A DNA stretch of 64,000 nt, taken from contig JAVYVS010000002.1 of NCBI GenBank assembly GCA_038727515.1, forward strand, positions 32,001-96,000, given 5' to 3'. This document shows, one piece after another, positions 12,801 to 22,797 of the stretch. Position 1 is the first letter of the stretch. The number at the start of each line of letters is the position of its first letter. Made by a program: the position numbers and the translations under genes. The notes below the pieces were generated by a model. That model was not told the origin of the DNA. It saw nothing but the letters and a program-made list of their open reading frames with translations, and ran no database searches. This DNA comes from Candidatus Methanomethylicia archaeon (GTDB taxonomy: Archaea > Thermoproteota > Methanomethylicia > Culexarchaeales > Culexarchaeaceae).

Positions 12801-13622
12801 TTAACTCTTTAATCCAAGGAGTTCTCTTGCTTCACTTGGTGTTGCTATATCTATGCCGAGTTCTTTCGCTATCCTAACCACTTTAGCAACCATTTCAGCA
12901 TTACTTTTAGCCAAAACACCTCGAGAAATGTAAATATTATCTTCCATCCCAGTTCGAACATCTCCACCTAAAATCATACCAAGGGTTAATAATGGGAAAT
13001 GAGCTCTACCCACCACTATTGTATTCCATCTACAGTTTTTTGGTAGGGCTTTTACCATCCATACTAAATTTTCCGGTGTAGCTGGGATACCCCCTTTAAC
13101 CCCTAATACTAATCCAAATCTTAATGGCTCTTTAAGTAACCCCTTTTCAAGTAATTGTAGTGCCAAGTTAATATGTCCAACATCATAACATTCAATTTCT
13201 GGTTTTATATTTTTCTCAAGCATTATTCTAGCAATTCTTTCTACATCTGCAGGAGGATTAAGAAACACACCATCACCGAATGTCATAGTAGCAACATTTA
13301 ACGATGCAAATTCTGGATTGAGCTCAAGTGCACATAATCTTTGTTCCATGGAAATTCCATAAGGGCCTCCTCCACCCGTAGTGAGTTGAATAATCATATC
13401 ACATCTTTCTCTAATTCTTTCTATGACTTCACGGTACAATTTTACATCTGGATATGGACCCTTACTTTTTACATCCCTCACATGTATATGAGCAACAGAT
13501 GCACCTGCTTCATAAGCTTTAACAGCTTCATTAGCAATTTCTTCTGGAGTGATTGGGACATTAGGATTTTTCTGCCACTGTGGACCTGAGCCTGTTGGAG
13601 CAACGGTAATAATCATCTTCAT
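12801..13622 (-). CDS. Beta-keto acid cleavage enzyme (BKACE / 3-keto-5-aminohexanoate cleavage family)
   Basis: PITPEEIA, Zn-binding [21 protein letters not shown] and VRTGMEDN. Confidence 0.92.
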   Translation of the reverse strand: MKMIITVAPTGSGPQWQKNPNVPITPEEIANEAVKAYEAGASVAHIHVRDVKSKGPYPDVKLYREVIERIRERCDMIIQLTTGGGGPYGISMEQRLCALELNPEFASLNVATMTFGDGVFLNPPADVERIARIMLEKNIKPEIECYDVGHINLALQLLEKGLLKEPLRFGLVLGVKGGIPATPENLVWMVKALPKNCRWNTIVVGRAHFPLLTLGMILGGDVRTGMEDNIYISRGVLAKSNAEMVAKVVRIAKELGIDIATPSEARELLGLKS

Positions 13623-14551
13623 GAAAATAACCTCTCCTTTTGCGTACTAGGTTTTTGCTCATAAATTGGTGTTCCTGTACTTTCTACTTCTTTTTTGAAT
13701 TCTTCTATGATCCTCATGGTAATTGGACCTACTTCACCATTCCCAATTTTTCTACCATCTACTTCCACAACTGGCTGTATTTCAACGCCAGTACCTGTTA
13801 AAAATACTTCATCTGCATTATAAAGGTCATGAATTGTTAGATCACGCTCTAAAACTTCAATTCCAACTCTCTTTGCAATTTCTATAATGGTCTGTCTAGT
13901 TATCCCTGGAAGTATGCTGGCATATAATGGAGGAGTCATTAGCATCCCCCTTTTAACTATAAATATATTGGCACCAGTCCCCTCACATACATAGCCCCTC
14001 CAATCAAGCATGATAGCTTCATCGGCTCCACAATGTATTGCTTCAATTTTTGCTAATATGTTATTTTGATAATTCAGTACTTTAGCTGAAGCTGGTAAAC
14101 AAAAGGGAGGTGTTCGTCTTATAGAGGAAACTATTGCTTTAATAGTGCGTTTATGTGCAGCTATTGAGGGGTATTGTTCTATTCGTTGTGGAATTACTAT
14201 TATTGTTGGTTTTTCACAATGTCTAGGATCAAGACCTAGTTTACCAATACCCCGTGTTACAATAGGTCTAATATAAGCGGTAGTCAATTTATTTCTTCGC
14301 AAGGTTTCTAGGATAATTTCTTTGAATTCCTCCTTTGATAATGGAATCTTAATATCGAGTGTTTTAGCAGATTCATAGAGTCGATCAATATGTTCTTCAA
14401 GTTTAAATACGCGTCCATTATATGCTCTAATACCCTCAAAAACTCCATCACCATAGAGTAAACCATGGTCAAACACTGAAATTTTAGCTTCACTTTCAGG
14501 GTAAAATTCTCCATTAATATAAATTAAAAGTTCTTGTTTTTCTTCACTCAT
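13619..14551 (-). CDS. ilvE: Fold-type IV PLP aminotransferase (branched-chain amino acid aminotransferase family)
   Basis: [24 protein letters not shown] (PLP lysine), EGTGANIF and LPGITR. Confidence 0.9.
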   Translation of the reverse strand: MSEEKQELLIYINGEFYPESEAKISVFDHGLLYGDGVFEGIRAYNGRVFKLEEHIDRLYESAKTLDIKIPLSKEEFKEIILETLRRNKLTTAYIRPIVTRGIGKLGLDPRHCEKPTIIVIPQRIEQYPSIAAHKRTIKAIVSSIRRTPPFCLPASAKVLNYQNNILAKIEAIHCGADEAIMLDWRGYVCEGTGANIFIVKRGMLMTPPLYASILPGITRQTIIEIAKRVGIEVLERDLTIHDLYNADEVFLTGTGVEIQPVVEVDGRKIGNGEVGPITMRIIEEFKKEVESTGTPIYEQKPSTQKERLFS

Positions 14552-14749
14552 AAAAACCCATTTATCAGATTAAAGATCCTTATTTATTTAAATCTTTAGA
14601 CAGAAATCTACAGCATATAAGTATGCTATTTTCCTAAATTTTTCTTGTTTTCATTGTATTGAGCGTTTTCCTCCCTATGATGTAAATAATTAATGAATTC
14701 ATTTAATAGATTCTGCTTTATTTTCCATTGAAAACCTTCTTTATTTTGT

Positions 14750-15361
14750 TCATGTTTCTATTACTGTTATAAGTCTTTCAATGGTTATTTTTGTAAGTCT
14801 TACTAATGCTTCACAATCTGGTAGATAATATGATGCTGTTTTATCAAACATTATGCTACTTGAAGGTGGGAGCTCGTCATCACCCTTCCAGATGGTAAAT
14901 ACGATTGGAATTCTTGGGAGAGCGTATACCTTTATTGATAGATCACCATAATCTAAAATTTCATGTTTAAAAACAATTGCAGCTTTATGTAACATATCTG
15001 GATACTTTCCAAAAATATCTTCAAATCTTTTGTATACGCTTCTAAATTCTGGACAGTGGTATAATGCTAGATCCTTAATGGATTTAAATAGTTCAGTGAA
15101 CGTAGTGTATTCTTTCATTTCTCCAATGTCTTGAGTTGTCTGTGAGTACATGTATAATATGTAGTATATATCGACTTTTTCCTCATTTTTTAAATACCTC
15201 TTTGATATTTCATCATAAACTTCTCCATTATCTATGTTGATTTTAAAACCTAGGAAGTGAAGTTCTGAACTTTCCTCAAAGCCTAATCTTCCACTAAGGG
15301 TTTTTATGTATTTCCCAGTTTTCTCCCAATTCCACCAATTTATAAATGATTGTTTAGACAT
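14750..15361 (-). CDS. DUF3786 family protein
   Basis: ALPRIPIVFTIWKGDDELPPSSSIMFD signature; lies within the ACDS cluster. Confidence 0.75.
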   Translation of the reverse strand: MSKQSFINWWNWEKTGKYIKTLSGRLGFEESSELHFLGFKINIDNGEVYDEISKRYLKNEEKVDIYYILYMYSQTTQDIGEMKEYTTFTELFKSIKDLALYHCPEFRSVYKRFEDIFGKYPDMLHKAAIVFKHEILDYGDLSIKVYALPRIPIVFTIWKGDDELPPSSSIMFDKTASYYLPDCEALVRLTKITIERLITVIET

Positions 15362-15376
15362 ATATCATTAACTAAG

Positions 15377-16153
15377 TTAATCTATTAATCCTATATTCCT
15401 TGCTATCATTCTTGCTGCTTTAACAGCATCACTATTTTCTGGTAATTCTAGTAATGGTTTTCCACGTATACTATATTCAAGTATTTTCTCATCTTCTGGA
15501 ATTACACCAGCTACTTGATATCCCACATCCTCAGACCATTTATACAATCTTTCCTCTATAGATTTTGAAAGTCTATTTCCAACCACATACATGTATTTTG
15601 CATCTATTTTTACTTCCTTAACTATTTGTTTAATCTTTTCAGCAGTTTTAAAACTCATTATTGATGGATCTACAACTACTATTAATGTATCCACATATCT
15701 ATCAGTTCTTCTACTTAAATGCTCAAGTCCAGCTTCCATATCCATTAATATTACACTATAATTTTTACTTAGCTTCCCCAAGATTCTAGTTAATACTGTA
15801 TTTATATAGCAGTAGCATCCTTCACCCTCCCCCCTCCCCATAGCTAATAGGTCGAATCCTTTACTTTCAACTATTGCTCTATACACCCAATATTCTAATA
15901 ATGCATCCTTTGAAAATCCTAGAGCAATATCAATTTTATCTACTGTTCGTCTAAATTCTTCAGCTATATCTGATATGCTCTCTTTAACTTCTACTCCTAA
16001 TACTTCATGTAGATTCATAGCTGGATCCGCATCTACCATCAATATTATATCATCAGTATTTTTTTCAAGTAAAACTTTAAGTAGTAAAGCACTTAATGTT
16101 GTTTTTCCACTTCCACCCTTACCAGATATTGATGCTATGAAAGGTCTTTTCAT
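15377..16153 (-). CDS. cooC: CooC/AcsF nickel-insertion ATPase
   Basis: GKGGSGKTT, DADP, GEGCYC and DMEAGLEHLSR. Confidence 0.9.
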   Translation of the reverse strand: MKRPFIASISGKGGSGKTTLSALLLKVLLEKNTDDIILMVDADPAMNLHEVLGVEVKESISDIAEEFRRTVDKIDIALGFSKDALLEYWVYRAIVESKGFDLLAMGRGEGEGCYCYINTVLTRILGKLSKNYSVILMDMEAGLEHLSRRTDRYVDTLIVVVDPSIMSFKTAEKIKQIVKEVKIDAKYMYVVGNRLSKSIEERLYKWSEDVGYQVAGVIPEDEKILEYSIRGKPLLELPENSDAVKAARMIARNIGLID

Positions 16154-16214
16154 ATATTTAACTTCTCCATAACTTTTTATGGTAATTCGATATTTTAAGA
16201 ATATTTTGCATAAT

Positions 16215-18071
16215 TTATTTTTGCCTAATCTTTCTACTCATTTCCCACCATGTTGGGAATAATTCTCTTTTTCCTGGAAGTATGAATCCTGCTTGATATT
16301 CATCCATGAAGTCTGGATCTAACATTAACTCTATACTAGCCGTGATTTTTGCAATTCTTTCAGCTTCATCTCTATGTTTTTTCGATATCATTGATAGATA
16401 TGCTCCACCTAGTGAACCATTACCTATGAATATTACTTCAGCTTTTGTGAATTCTGGTATCATTCCTATTGCCATAGCATTATTTATATCTAAATATCTA
16501 CCAAATGCTCCACAAATGTATACTTTATCTACATCATAAACTTTTAACATCATCTTCTTTAATAATATGGATATTGCTGCGCATACTGATGATTTTGCAT
16601 CTATCAAATTGTATATGTCTTTTTCTGTTATCACTATATCCCTACCAGTTAAAGTTTCATTTGAAGGTGCTATTACATATTCATATCCATCAAGCCCACT
16701 TCTAATATTTGGTGATTTTATATCTCTCCTGAATTTCCCAATAGGATCTATGATATTATGTCTAAAAAGTTCTGCTACCACATCTATATATCCAGACCCA
16801 CAAATGCCAATAGGCTTTACATTGCCTATAACTGTATATTTCGAATTTAAAGTTTGAGGGTCTATTTCTACACTTTCTATAGCACCTTCAATGGCTCTAA
16901 CCCCACATTTAAGACCCCACCCCTCAAATGCTGGTCCAGCAGGGGCAGTGGTCCCTAAAATCCAATCTTTACATCCAATTACAACCTCTGTATTAGTTCC
17001 TATATCTATAAGTAATGTGGGTTTTTCTGAGAAGCTAAGTTCTGACGTAATTATATCTCCAACAACATCTCCACCTAGAAATCTACCCATACATGGAAGT
17101 ACATATATGGTGGCGTTTTCCCTTAAGTTTAAACCTAAATCTTTTGGGTTAAGTATGTAAGGTTTTCTCTCTACATTTACATGTTCCTTAAATGATCTAA
17201 TTAATGGGGTTGGATCTAATCCTATGAAGGTATATGTCATCACAGTATTCCCAGCTGCAGTTAATTCGTAAATGTTTTTTGGATCTATCCTTGTCTCACT
17301 GCACAAATTGTTTATTAATTCATTTATCGTCTGAACTATTGCTTGTTGTAATTCTTTTAATCCTCCACTTCTTTCAATGGTATATGATATCCTAGATATT
17401 AAATCTTCACCATATATCAATTGTCTATTGAATTTCGATTCTGTTGCTAAGATTTTCCCTGTGGATATCTCTATTAGGGATGCCACTATCTTTGTGGTTC
17501 CTATATCTACTGCTAATCCATAAATTCCTCCATTTAATTCTTTAAGGCTTAAATCTAATATTTTTGAATTATAAAAGTCTACTATTATGGATAATTCTTC
17601 CCCTGGCTCTAATTCATAGATCCTTCTTCTAATTTCATCACTCATTGAATACTTCTTGAATTCTTCTTGAAGTTTACGTATATCTCTTACTTTAATGCAT
17701 ATTCTATTTACATATGGGTTAATTGCTGTTTTTGGTAAATTCACATCTGTTAATAATTTTGCTTTTCCAATTACACTTTCTGGTGGAATAAGGACTTCTA
17801 CGTCTTCTAAAACTTTTGCTAGACATGCCAATACATATCCTTCTGAAACTTCTTTGGGCGATATTAGCTCTTTATCTTTTACTTCATGTTTAACTTTTCC
17901 CTTAATTACTCTAACTTTACATTTTCCACACAGTCCTTTTCCGCCACATATACTTCTAATACCTATACCCACTTTTCTTAATGCTTCCAATATTGTTGAA
18001 TTTTTATGAATTGTTGTTTTAAGTTTATATTGTGGAAATGATACTTCTACGTTTTCCATTTCTTTAGTCAA
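16215..18071 (-). CDS. Reductive activator of corrinoid proteins (RACo/ASKHA with N-terminal 2Fe-2S domain)
   Basis: CGGKGLCGKC...LAC, DIGTT, DIGTNTE, AGPAFEG, GICGSG and GAFG. Confidence 0.92.
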   Translation of the reverse strand: MTKEMENVEVSFPQYKLKTTIHKNSTILEALRKVGIGIRSICGGKGLCGKCKVRVIKGKVKHEVKDKELISPKEVSEGYVLACLAKVLEDVEVLIPPESVIGKAKLLTDVNLPKTAINPYVNRICIKVRDIRKLQEEFKKYSMSDEIRRRIYELEPGEELSIIVDFYNSKILDLSLKELNGGIYGLAVDIGTTKIVASLIEISTGKILATESKFNRQLIYGEDLISRISYTIERSGGLKELQQAIVQTINELINNLCSETRIDPKNIYELTAAGNTVMTYTFIGLDPTPLIRSFKEHVNVERKPYILNPKDLGLNLRENATIYVLPCMGRFLGGDVVGDIITSELSFSEKPTLLIDIGTNTEVVIGCKDWILGTTAPAGPAFEGWGLKCGVRAIEGAIESVEIDPQTLNSKYTVIGNVKPIGICGSGYIDVVAELFRHNIIDPIGKFRRDIKSPNIRSGLDGYEYVIAPSNETLTGRDIVITEKDIYNLIDAKSSVCAAISILLKKMMLKVYDVDKVYICGAFGRYLDINNAMAIGMIPEFTKAEVIFIGNGSLGGAYLSMISKKHRDEAERIAKITASIELMLDPDFMDEYQAGFILPGKRELFPTWWEMSRKIRQK

Positions 18072-18075
18072 TATA

Positions 18076-19515
18076 TTAACTCTCCATAATTTCCCTTATC
18101 TTTTCTGGAGTCCACATCTTCTTAATAAATGCTGCTATTTCACTTGAATCCATAGGTCCTACTAAAACTTTCCATCCACTTATTTCTTCAAGATCTCCAG
18201 AAATCCTAGATGCTTTTCCAGGTATTATTAGTATCTTGTGTTTCACCTTTTCTTCAAAGTTGTTTTTCTTAATTAATTCTACAATCTTCTCCCCCACAAA
18301 CTTTTTAGCTGCTACAGATACATCTACGGCTAACCCCTCAGTATCTATAACTATTAACCATGCATTTATACCACTCTTCTGGATATCATTAGAAACTATA
18401 CTATATGTTAAAGCATAATTACTAGTTACAAATACTGGAGAATTCTCATCGGGATTTCCAATAGCTCTAATACCGGGTTCTACAGCTACAGGTTTTCGTG
18501 GATCCGTATATAATTGGAATCTCCATATGACTAGTGGTAGTAGACTCCAACCTTCTGTAGAATGCATTATTATTAGATCTGCATATCTTGTTATCAAAAT
18601 TGCTGCAATAATTGTTTCCCACCATACTTTTTGCGTTAAATCTTGTTCTGGATATGACCATACGGATATTGGAGTTCCAATTAATGGGTATGATGAATAT
18701 TTATATCCCTCATTTATAGCTTTATACCTTAATTGTGTAAATGCCTTTATCATATGAAAGAGACCGCTAACATCTTTTGGACATCCAGGGTCTAAAGCTA
18801 CATCCACTATGCCTAAATCTTCTGTTAACGTTTTTACAATGGATACTAGAGTATCTATATTTCCTTGACCTGATACCGCTAGAGCAGCATTAAAATTCTT
18901 TGCTAATTCAGCCATTTCCCTCCAATTATCTTTTGTGGCCGCATATATTAGAGGCTTATATTCTTGTGTTAATATTGATAATCCTGCTTCTATTATTTCC
19001 GGATTATATGAGCACAATATTATTGGTAATGAGCTATTTTCAACAACTATTTGAACAGTCTTCATATACTGTTTTGGATTATTGGAAGTGGATCTTATGG
19101 CTATTAAATCTAATTTAAGTTGGCGTCCAACATAATCATATGTGAAATCTTCTGCAAATCTTAATCTCTTTATTATTGTTTCTTCATTCATAGAGTCATC
19201 TACATCTATAGCTATGGCTGTGGGATTCATATACCTAAGTTCATGTCTATAAACCACATATTTCCCACCGATCTTAACACTTCTCTTAGGTGTCTTAAGA
19301 ATTACCTCTTTAACTGGAGGTGAAACTAAAGCCTTTATTTTCTGATAATTCCCCAAATACTTCTCTTCAAATAATGGTGAACATTCTTCAAGTGATACTT
19401 CAAAATTTGAAACTTTAACTGCAAAAGCCATACAATTTACTTCTCCACATTTGCCACAATTGGTTCTTGGCAGTAGATTGTATATCTCTATTGGATTTGG
19501 AGGTTTCCAAGGCAT
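18076..19515 (-). CDS. cdhE: ACDS gamma subunit (corrinoid Fe-S protein large subunit)
   Basis: LPRTNCGKCGEVNCMAFA, YTDPRKP and PVFVTSNYALTY. Confidence 0.95.
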   Translation of the reverse strand: MPWKPPNPIEIYNLLPRTNCGKCGEVNCMAFAVKVSNFEVSLEECSPLFEEKYLGNYQKIKALVSPPVKEVILKTPKRSVKIGGKYVVYRHELRYMNPTAIAIDVDDSMNEETIIKRLRFAEDFTYDYVGRQLKLDLIAIRSTSNNPKQYMKTVQIVVENSSLPIILCSYNPEIIEAGLSILTQEYKPLIYAATKDNWREMAELAKNFNAALAVSGQGNIDTLVSIVKTLTEDLGIVDVALDPGCPKDVSGLFHMIKAFTQLRYKAINEGYKYSSYPLIGTPISVWSYPEQDLTQKVWWETIIAAILITRYADLIIMHSTEGWSLLPLVIWRFQLYTDPRKPVAVEPGIRAIGNPDENSPVFVTSNYALTYSIVSNDIQKSGINAWLIVIDTEGLAVDVSVAAKKFVGEKIVELIKKNNFEEKVKHKILIIPGKASRISGDLEEISGWKVLVGPMDSSEIAAFIKKMWTPEKIREIMES

Positions 19516-20733
19516 TTAGACCACCGGTATTTTTAATGAAACCCAATCAGCTGCTTCTTCAAAGATGCGTTTACCTTTTGAAGATAAGTACTCTCTCATT
19601 TCTTTCAACGTCTTCACAGTTGTTGGATGTAAAGTCATAAAGTAATCTGCACCTGCAAGTAGACATATTATACATGTTAAAGTTTCCCATAGTGGACCTC
19701 TAATTTCTCTAGGTCCCCAGTATGGATCCATTACAACCCATGCTTCTCTTGCACCCCAAGCATTTGAAGCTCCTACATTAAATGGATGCTGTAGTTCTTC
19801 ATCTCCAAGTAGAGCTGCAAGTCTAGCTCTTTCCATTGCTGTAAATCCATATTCAGTACCATACCCTATTCCTCCAATATTTAAGTCTAGTAGTATCCTA
19901 TTCTTCGGAATCCAATCGTAAACCTTTCTATTAATCTCTCTTGCCTTATCTAAATCCATTGGTGAAAAGTCTATTACTACAATATCCTTTTTTGCTATGT
20001 GTGTACATATATCTTCAAGTTTCATATCTAAGTTAAGGCTATTTAGAACTATCCTCTCTCCTTCAGCTATATCAGATACCTTTTTAAATACTTCAACATC
20101 TTTTACTGGGTGACCACTTCCACCAACAACTATAGGTACTTTGATTTGTTGTAGTAATTCCTCAACTAGTTTAGCTGATTCTGATGGTTTTGTATCTTTT
20201 ATGCTTGGATCCGTACTTACTAAATGTATGTTTATTGCTTCTGCTCCAAATTTATCAACCCATATTCTAGCCCATTCAACTGGATTATCCAATACATCTC
20301 CAAATACTTGTCTAACAGCTCTTGGCAATGATATTCTCATATCAAATACATCTCCACTAAAAACAGGTGGATTTGGAGCTTCATATCCAGCTAAATAGTA
20401 ATATGGTGGCATTGTATGTCCTCCTAAAGTTATCACTTTATTTCTAGATCCTCCTTCAGCTTTTGTTGCACCAATCTTTACTTCTACAATTTTTCCTGGA
20501 AATGATATTTTGGGTTCTTCAAATGTGATTTTACCTAATTCTACAACCTTCTTTTCTAAAATTGGTTTTAAAATGCTCTTCATTATTGGTTGCAGTTTTA
20601 TCTCTAATTCTTCAGCTTCTATCTCTACATCATGTAATTCAATTATACCTTTACTAATAGCTTCTAATATCATTGTAAGTAAATGGTTAAAGGCTTCATC
20701 TTTCTCCTTAGATTTTTCACCCATATATTTCAC
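19516..20733 (-). CDS. cdhD: ACDS delta subunit (corrinoid Fe-S protein small subunit)
   Basis: HLVSTDP, GGSG, GIGYGTEY...ERARLAALLGD and NAWGAREAW. Likely start is ATG 20724. Confidence 0.95.
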   Translation of the reverse strand: MKYMGEKSKEKDEAFNHLLTMILEAISKGIIELHDVEIEAEELEIKLQPIMKSILKPILEKKVVELGKITFEEPKISFPGKIVEVKIGATKAEGGSRNKVITLGGHTMPPYYYLAGYEAPNPPVFSGDVFDMRISLPRAVRQVFGDVLDNPVEWARIWVDKFGAEAINIHLVSTDPSIKDTKPSESAKLVEELLQQIKVPIVVGGSGHPVKDVEVFKKVSDIAEGERIVLNSLNLDMKLEDICTHIAKKDIVVIDFSPMDLDKAREINRKVYDWIPKNRILLDLNIGGIGYGTEYGFTAMERARLAALLGDEELQHPFNVGASNAWGAREAWVVMDPYWGPREIRGPLWETLTCIICLLAGADYFMTLHPTTVKTLKEMREYLSSKGKRIFEEAADWVSLKIPVV

Positions 20734-22214
20734 TTCCTCTCTTCAACTCTTTTAATAATTAGTTTTTCAGCTCTTATCTTCACATTTTTAAGAATTAAGC
20801 TGAATCCACCCATGGTGAGAGGTAATTCTGGTAACGTCATTACTGTTTCTACTTGTTGAGTTGTTGGTGTTACAGCTTCAATAGGTTTTTCTTCAAGTTT
20901 TGGTGGAGCTTTTGATACTCTCTCCATTATTGGATGACCCTTTTCTATTAAGAACTTTTTAAGTTCTTCAACACTTTTTGCTTCTTTCTCTGTTGCGATT
21001 TTATCACGTAATTCTTCTGGTATAGCATCTTTAATCTTCTCCTTCAATTCTGATGACATCCACACTACTCTATTCCATCCTCCATCTGCCTGTATAAACT
21101 TCTTTGTCCTCATGTATAGTACTCCAAGACCATAGAATCCAGGTATCTGCTTCCCTCCACCTGCTGAATCAGCGATATCTCCAAATTTTAATCCCACTGG
21201 AGTTACACCTGCATATCCTCTTTGTACAATTCCTAATCCATCTACCTCTGGTACGTAGAATGTTACACATTCAAAGCATCCACATGAAGTATGTGGATTA
21301 TCAAATGCAGAGTATAATGTTACTCTTTGTATAGATCCTCCAGACAGTTTTCTAATAGCTTCATTAGCTCCACTCCACTCTCCCCTTATTGGATCTAGTA
21401 ATTTGCCCTTTTCCACAGGTCCTATTGGTCCTTTAGGATCTATTTTTGCAGCTATCATGGCATCTATCCACGTTATAGCTCCACAATTGGATGGTCTTTC
21501 AGGAGTTATTATGCATACATGTGTTGGTGCAAAAGATTGGCAAAGTCTACATGAGTAGAATAAATCTACTTCTTCATCTTTTAATCCAAAGGTTCTTTCA
21601 TCTCTTGCGTTATAAATCTTTATTGCCTGTTCAAATAGACTTTCAACTATTTGAGGTTCAGTTATAAATGTTACTTGTAGTTTCTCTATTATTGGAAATG
21701 CTGATTTAAATAATCTATAAAGTACTGTGCCTATATACTTAAATGAATTTAATCCTTTATTAAAGGATTTCTTACTAACCCTTAACCATATATCATATCT
21801 TTGATTTAAATGCATAAACCCCTGTGTATAATTGCAGAATTCATGAATTCTTCTTTCTATAACACCTTCAGCATCTACACTTAGGTTTCTACCAGCTACT
21901 TCAACTATTATGGCTAGAAGATAACTTCCACCTTCTTTAAGTTCATTGATATCTTGTCCTACAATTATTATTTTACCATCATTAATTTCCTCTGGGTTTT
22001 TAACCCTTACAATTTCAAATTTGTATTTAAGTTTTGGTCCTCCAAATTCAACATACATATCTTCTCTTCTAATTCTCTGTCCTTCGTATTGGGGTCCTAC
22101 GTCAACAGGTATATCCGTGAACATCCCCTTTTCAGGTGTAGGTGGCACACTATATATTTTCACAATTTCATCAGGTACTTCCAATGGATTTAGAATGTTT
22201 ATTATTATCCCCAT
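20730..22214 (-). CDS. cdhC: ACDS beta subunit (acetyl-CoA synthase)
   Basis: EGVIERRIH, HLNQR, CRLCQSFAPTHVC..TPERPSNCG and HTSCGCFE (A-cluster ligands). Homology-supported start is probably ATG 22124 (MFTDIPVDVG). Confidence 0.95.
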   Translation of the reverse strand: MGIIINILNPLEVPDEIVKIYSVPPTPEKGMFTDIPVDVGPQYEGQRIRREDMYVEFGGPKLKYKFEIVRVKNPEEINDGKIIIVGQDINELKEGGSYLLAIIVEVAGRNLSVDAEGVIERRIHEFCNYTQGFMHLNQRYDIWLRVSKKSFNKGLNSFKYIGTVLYRLFKSAFPIIEKLQVTFITEPQIVESLFEQAIKIYNARDERTFGLKDEEVDLFYSCRLCQSFAPTHVCIITPERPSNCGAITWIDAMIAAKIDPKGPIGPVEKGKLLDPIRGEWSGANEAIRKLSGGSIQRVTLYSAFDNPHTSCGCFECVTFYVPEVDGLGIVQRGYAGVTPVGLKFGDIADSAGGGKQIPGFYGLGVLYMRTKKFIQADGGWNRVVWMSSELKEKIKDAIPEELRDKIATEKEAKSVEELKKFLIEKGHPIMERVSKAPPKLEEKPIEAVTPTTQQVETVMTLPELPLTMGGFSLILKNVKIRAEKLIIKRVEERK

Positions 22215-22260
22215 AATCTCACATCCAATAATACCTATTCTTTAACATATTAAACCTTGT

Positions 22261-22797
22261 TTATGAAGTTTTTACTTTAAGTTCCTCCTCCAATTGACAT
22301 AAATTTCTATACCATATGGTAGGTGGTAGGGATGGCATGGTCCATGTTGAATTTGGTTGTGAATATGGATCTATGGATATCGTATTTAGATTTCTATACG
22401 CATTATGTTTTAAATGGTTTAGGAGTAACCATTCATAGTAGTAGTGAAATCCTATAAATATCGCTAAGTCATATTTAGGTTTATCTGATGATAATTTTTG
22501 AATTATTTCCATGGGGAAAATTATTTCATAATTTTTAAATCCCTTTTCATCAAGTCTCCGTACAAGATTTCCATCAGATACTATTACATCCGCATTTAGA
22601 ATTAAGCTTAAATTTATGATTCTGTTAAGTATGTCTTCACCCACAAGTTTCTCCAATCTACTTAATTCTGATCCGATAATTAACACTACCTTTTTATGTT
22701 GCTTTATTATATGTGCTAATTGTTTCATATTTGCTATTACTGTTGCTTTTATAGGTCCAGGAGGTATATCACCTTTAAGCCAATATTCAACGCTCAT
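22261..22797 (-). CDS. cdhB: ACDS epsilon subunit
   Basis: YDLAIFIGFHYY...LKH...TISIDPYSQPNSTW; located between cdhA and cdhC. Confidence 0.88.
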   Translation of the reverse strand: MSVEYWLKGDIPPGPIKATVIANMKQLAHIIKQHKKVVLIIGSELSRLEKLVGEDILNRIINLSLILNADVIVSDGNLVRRLDEKGFKNYEIIFPMEIIQKLSSDKPKYDLAIFIGFHYYYEWLLLNHLKHNAYRNLNTISIDPYSQPNSTWTMPSLPPTIWYRNLCQLEEELKVKTS

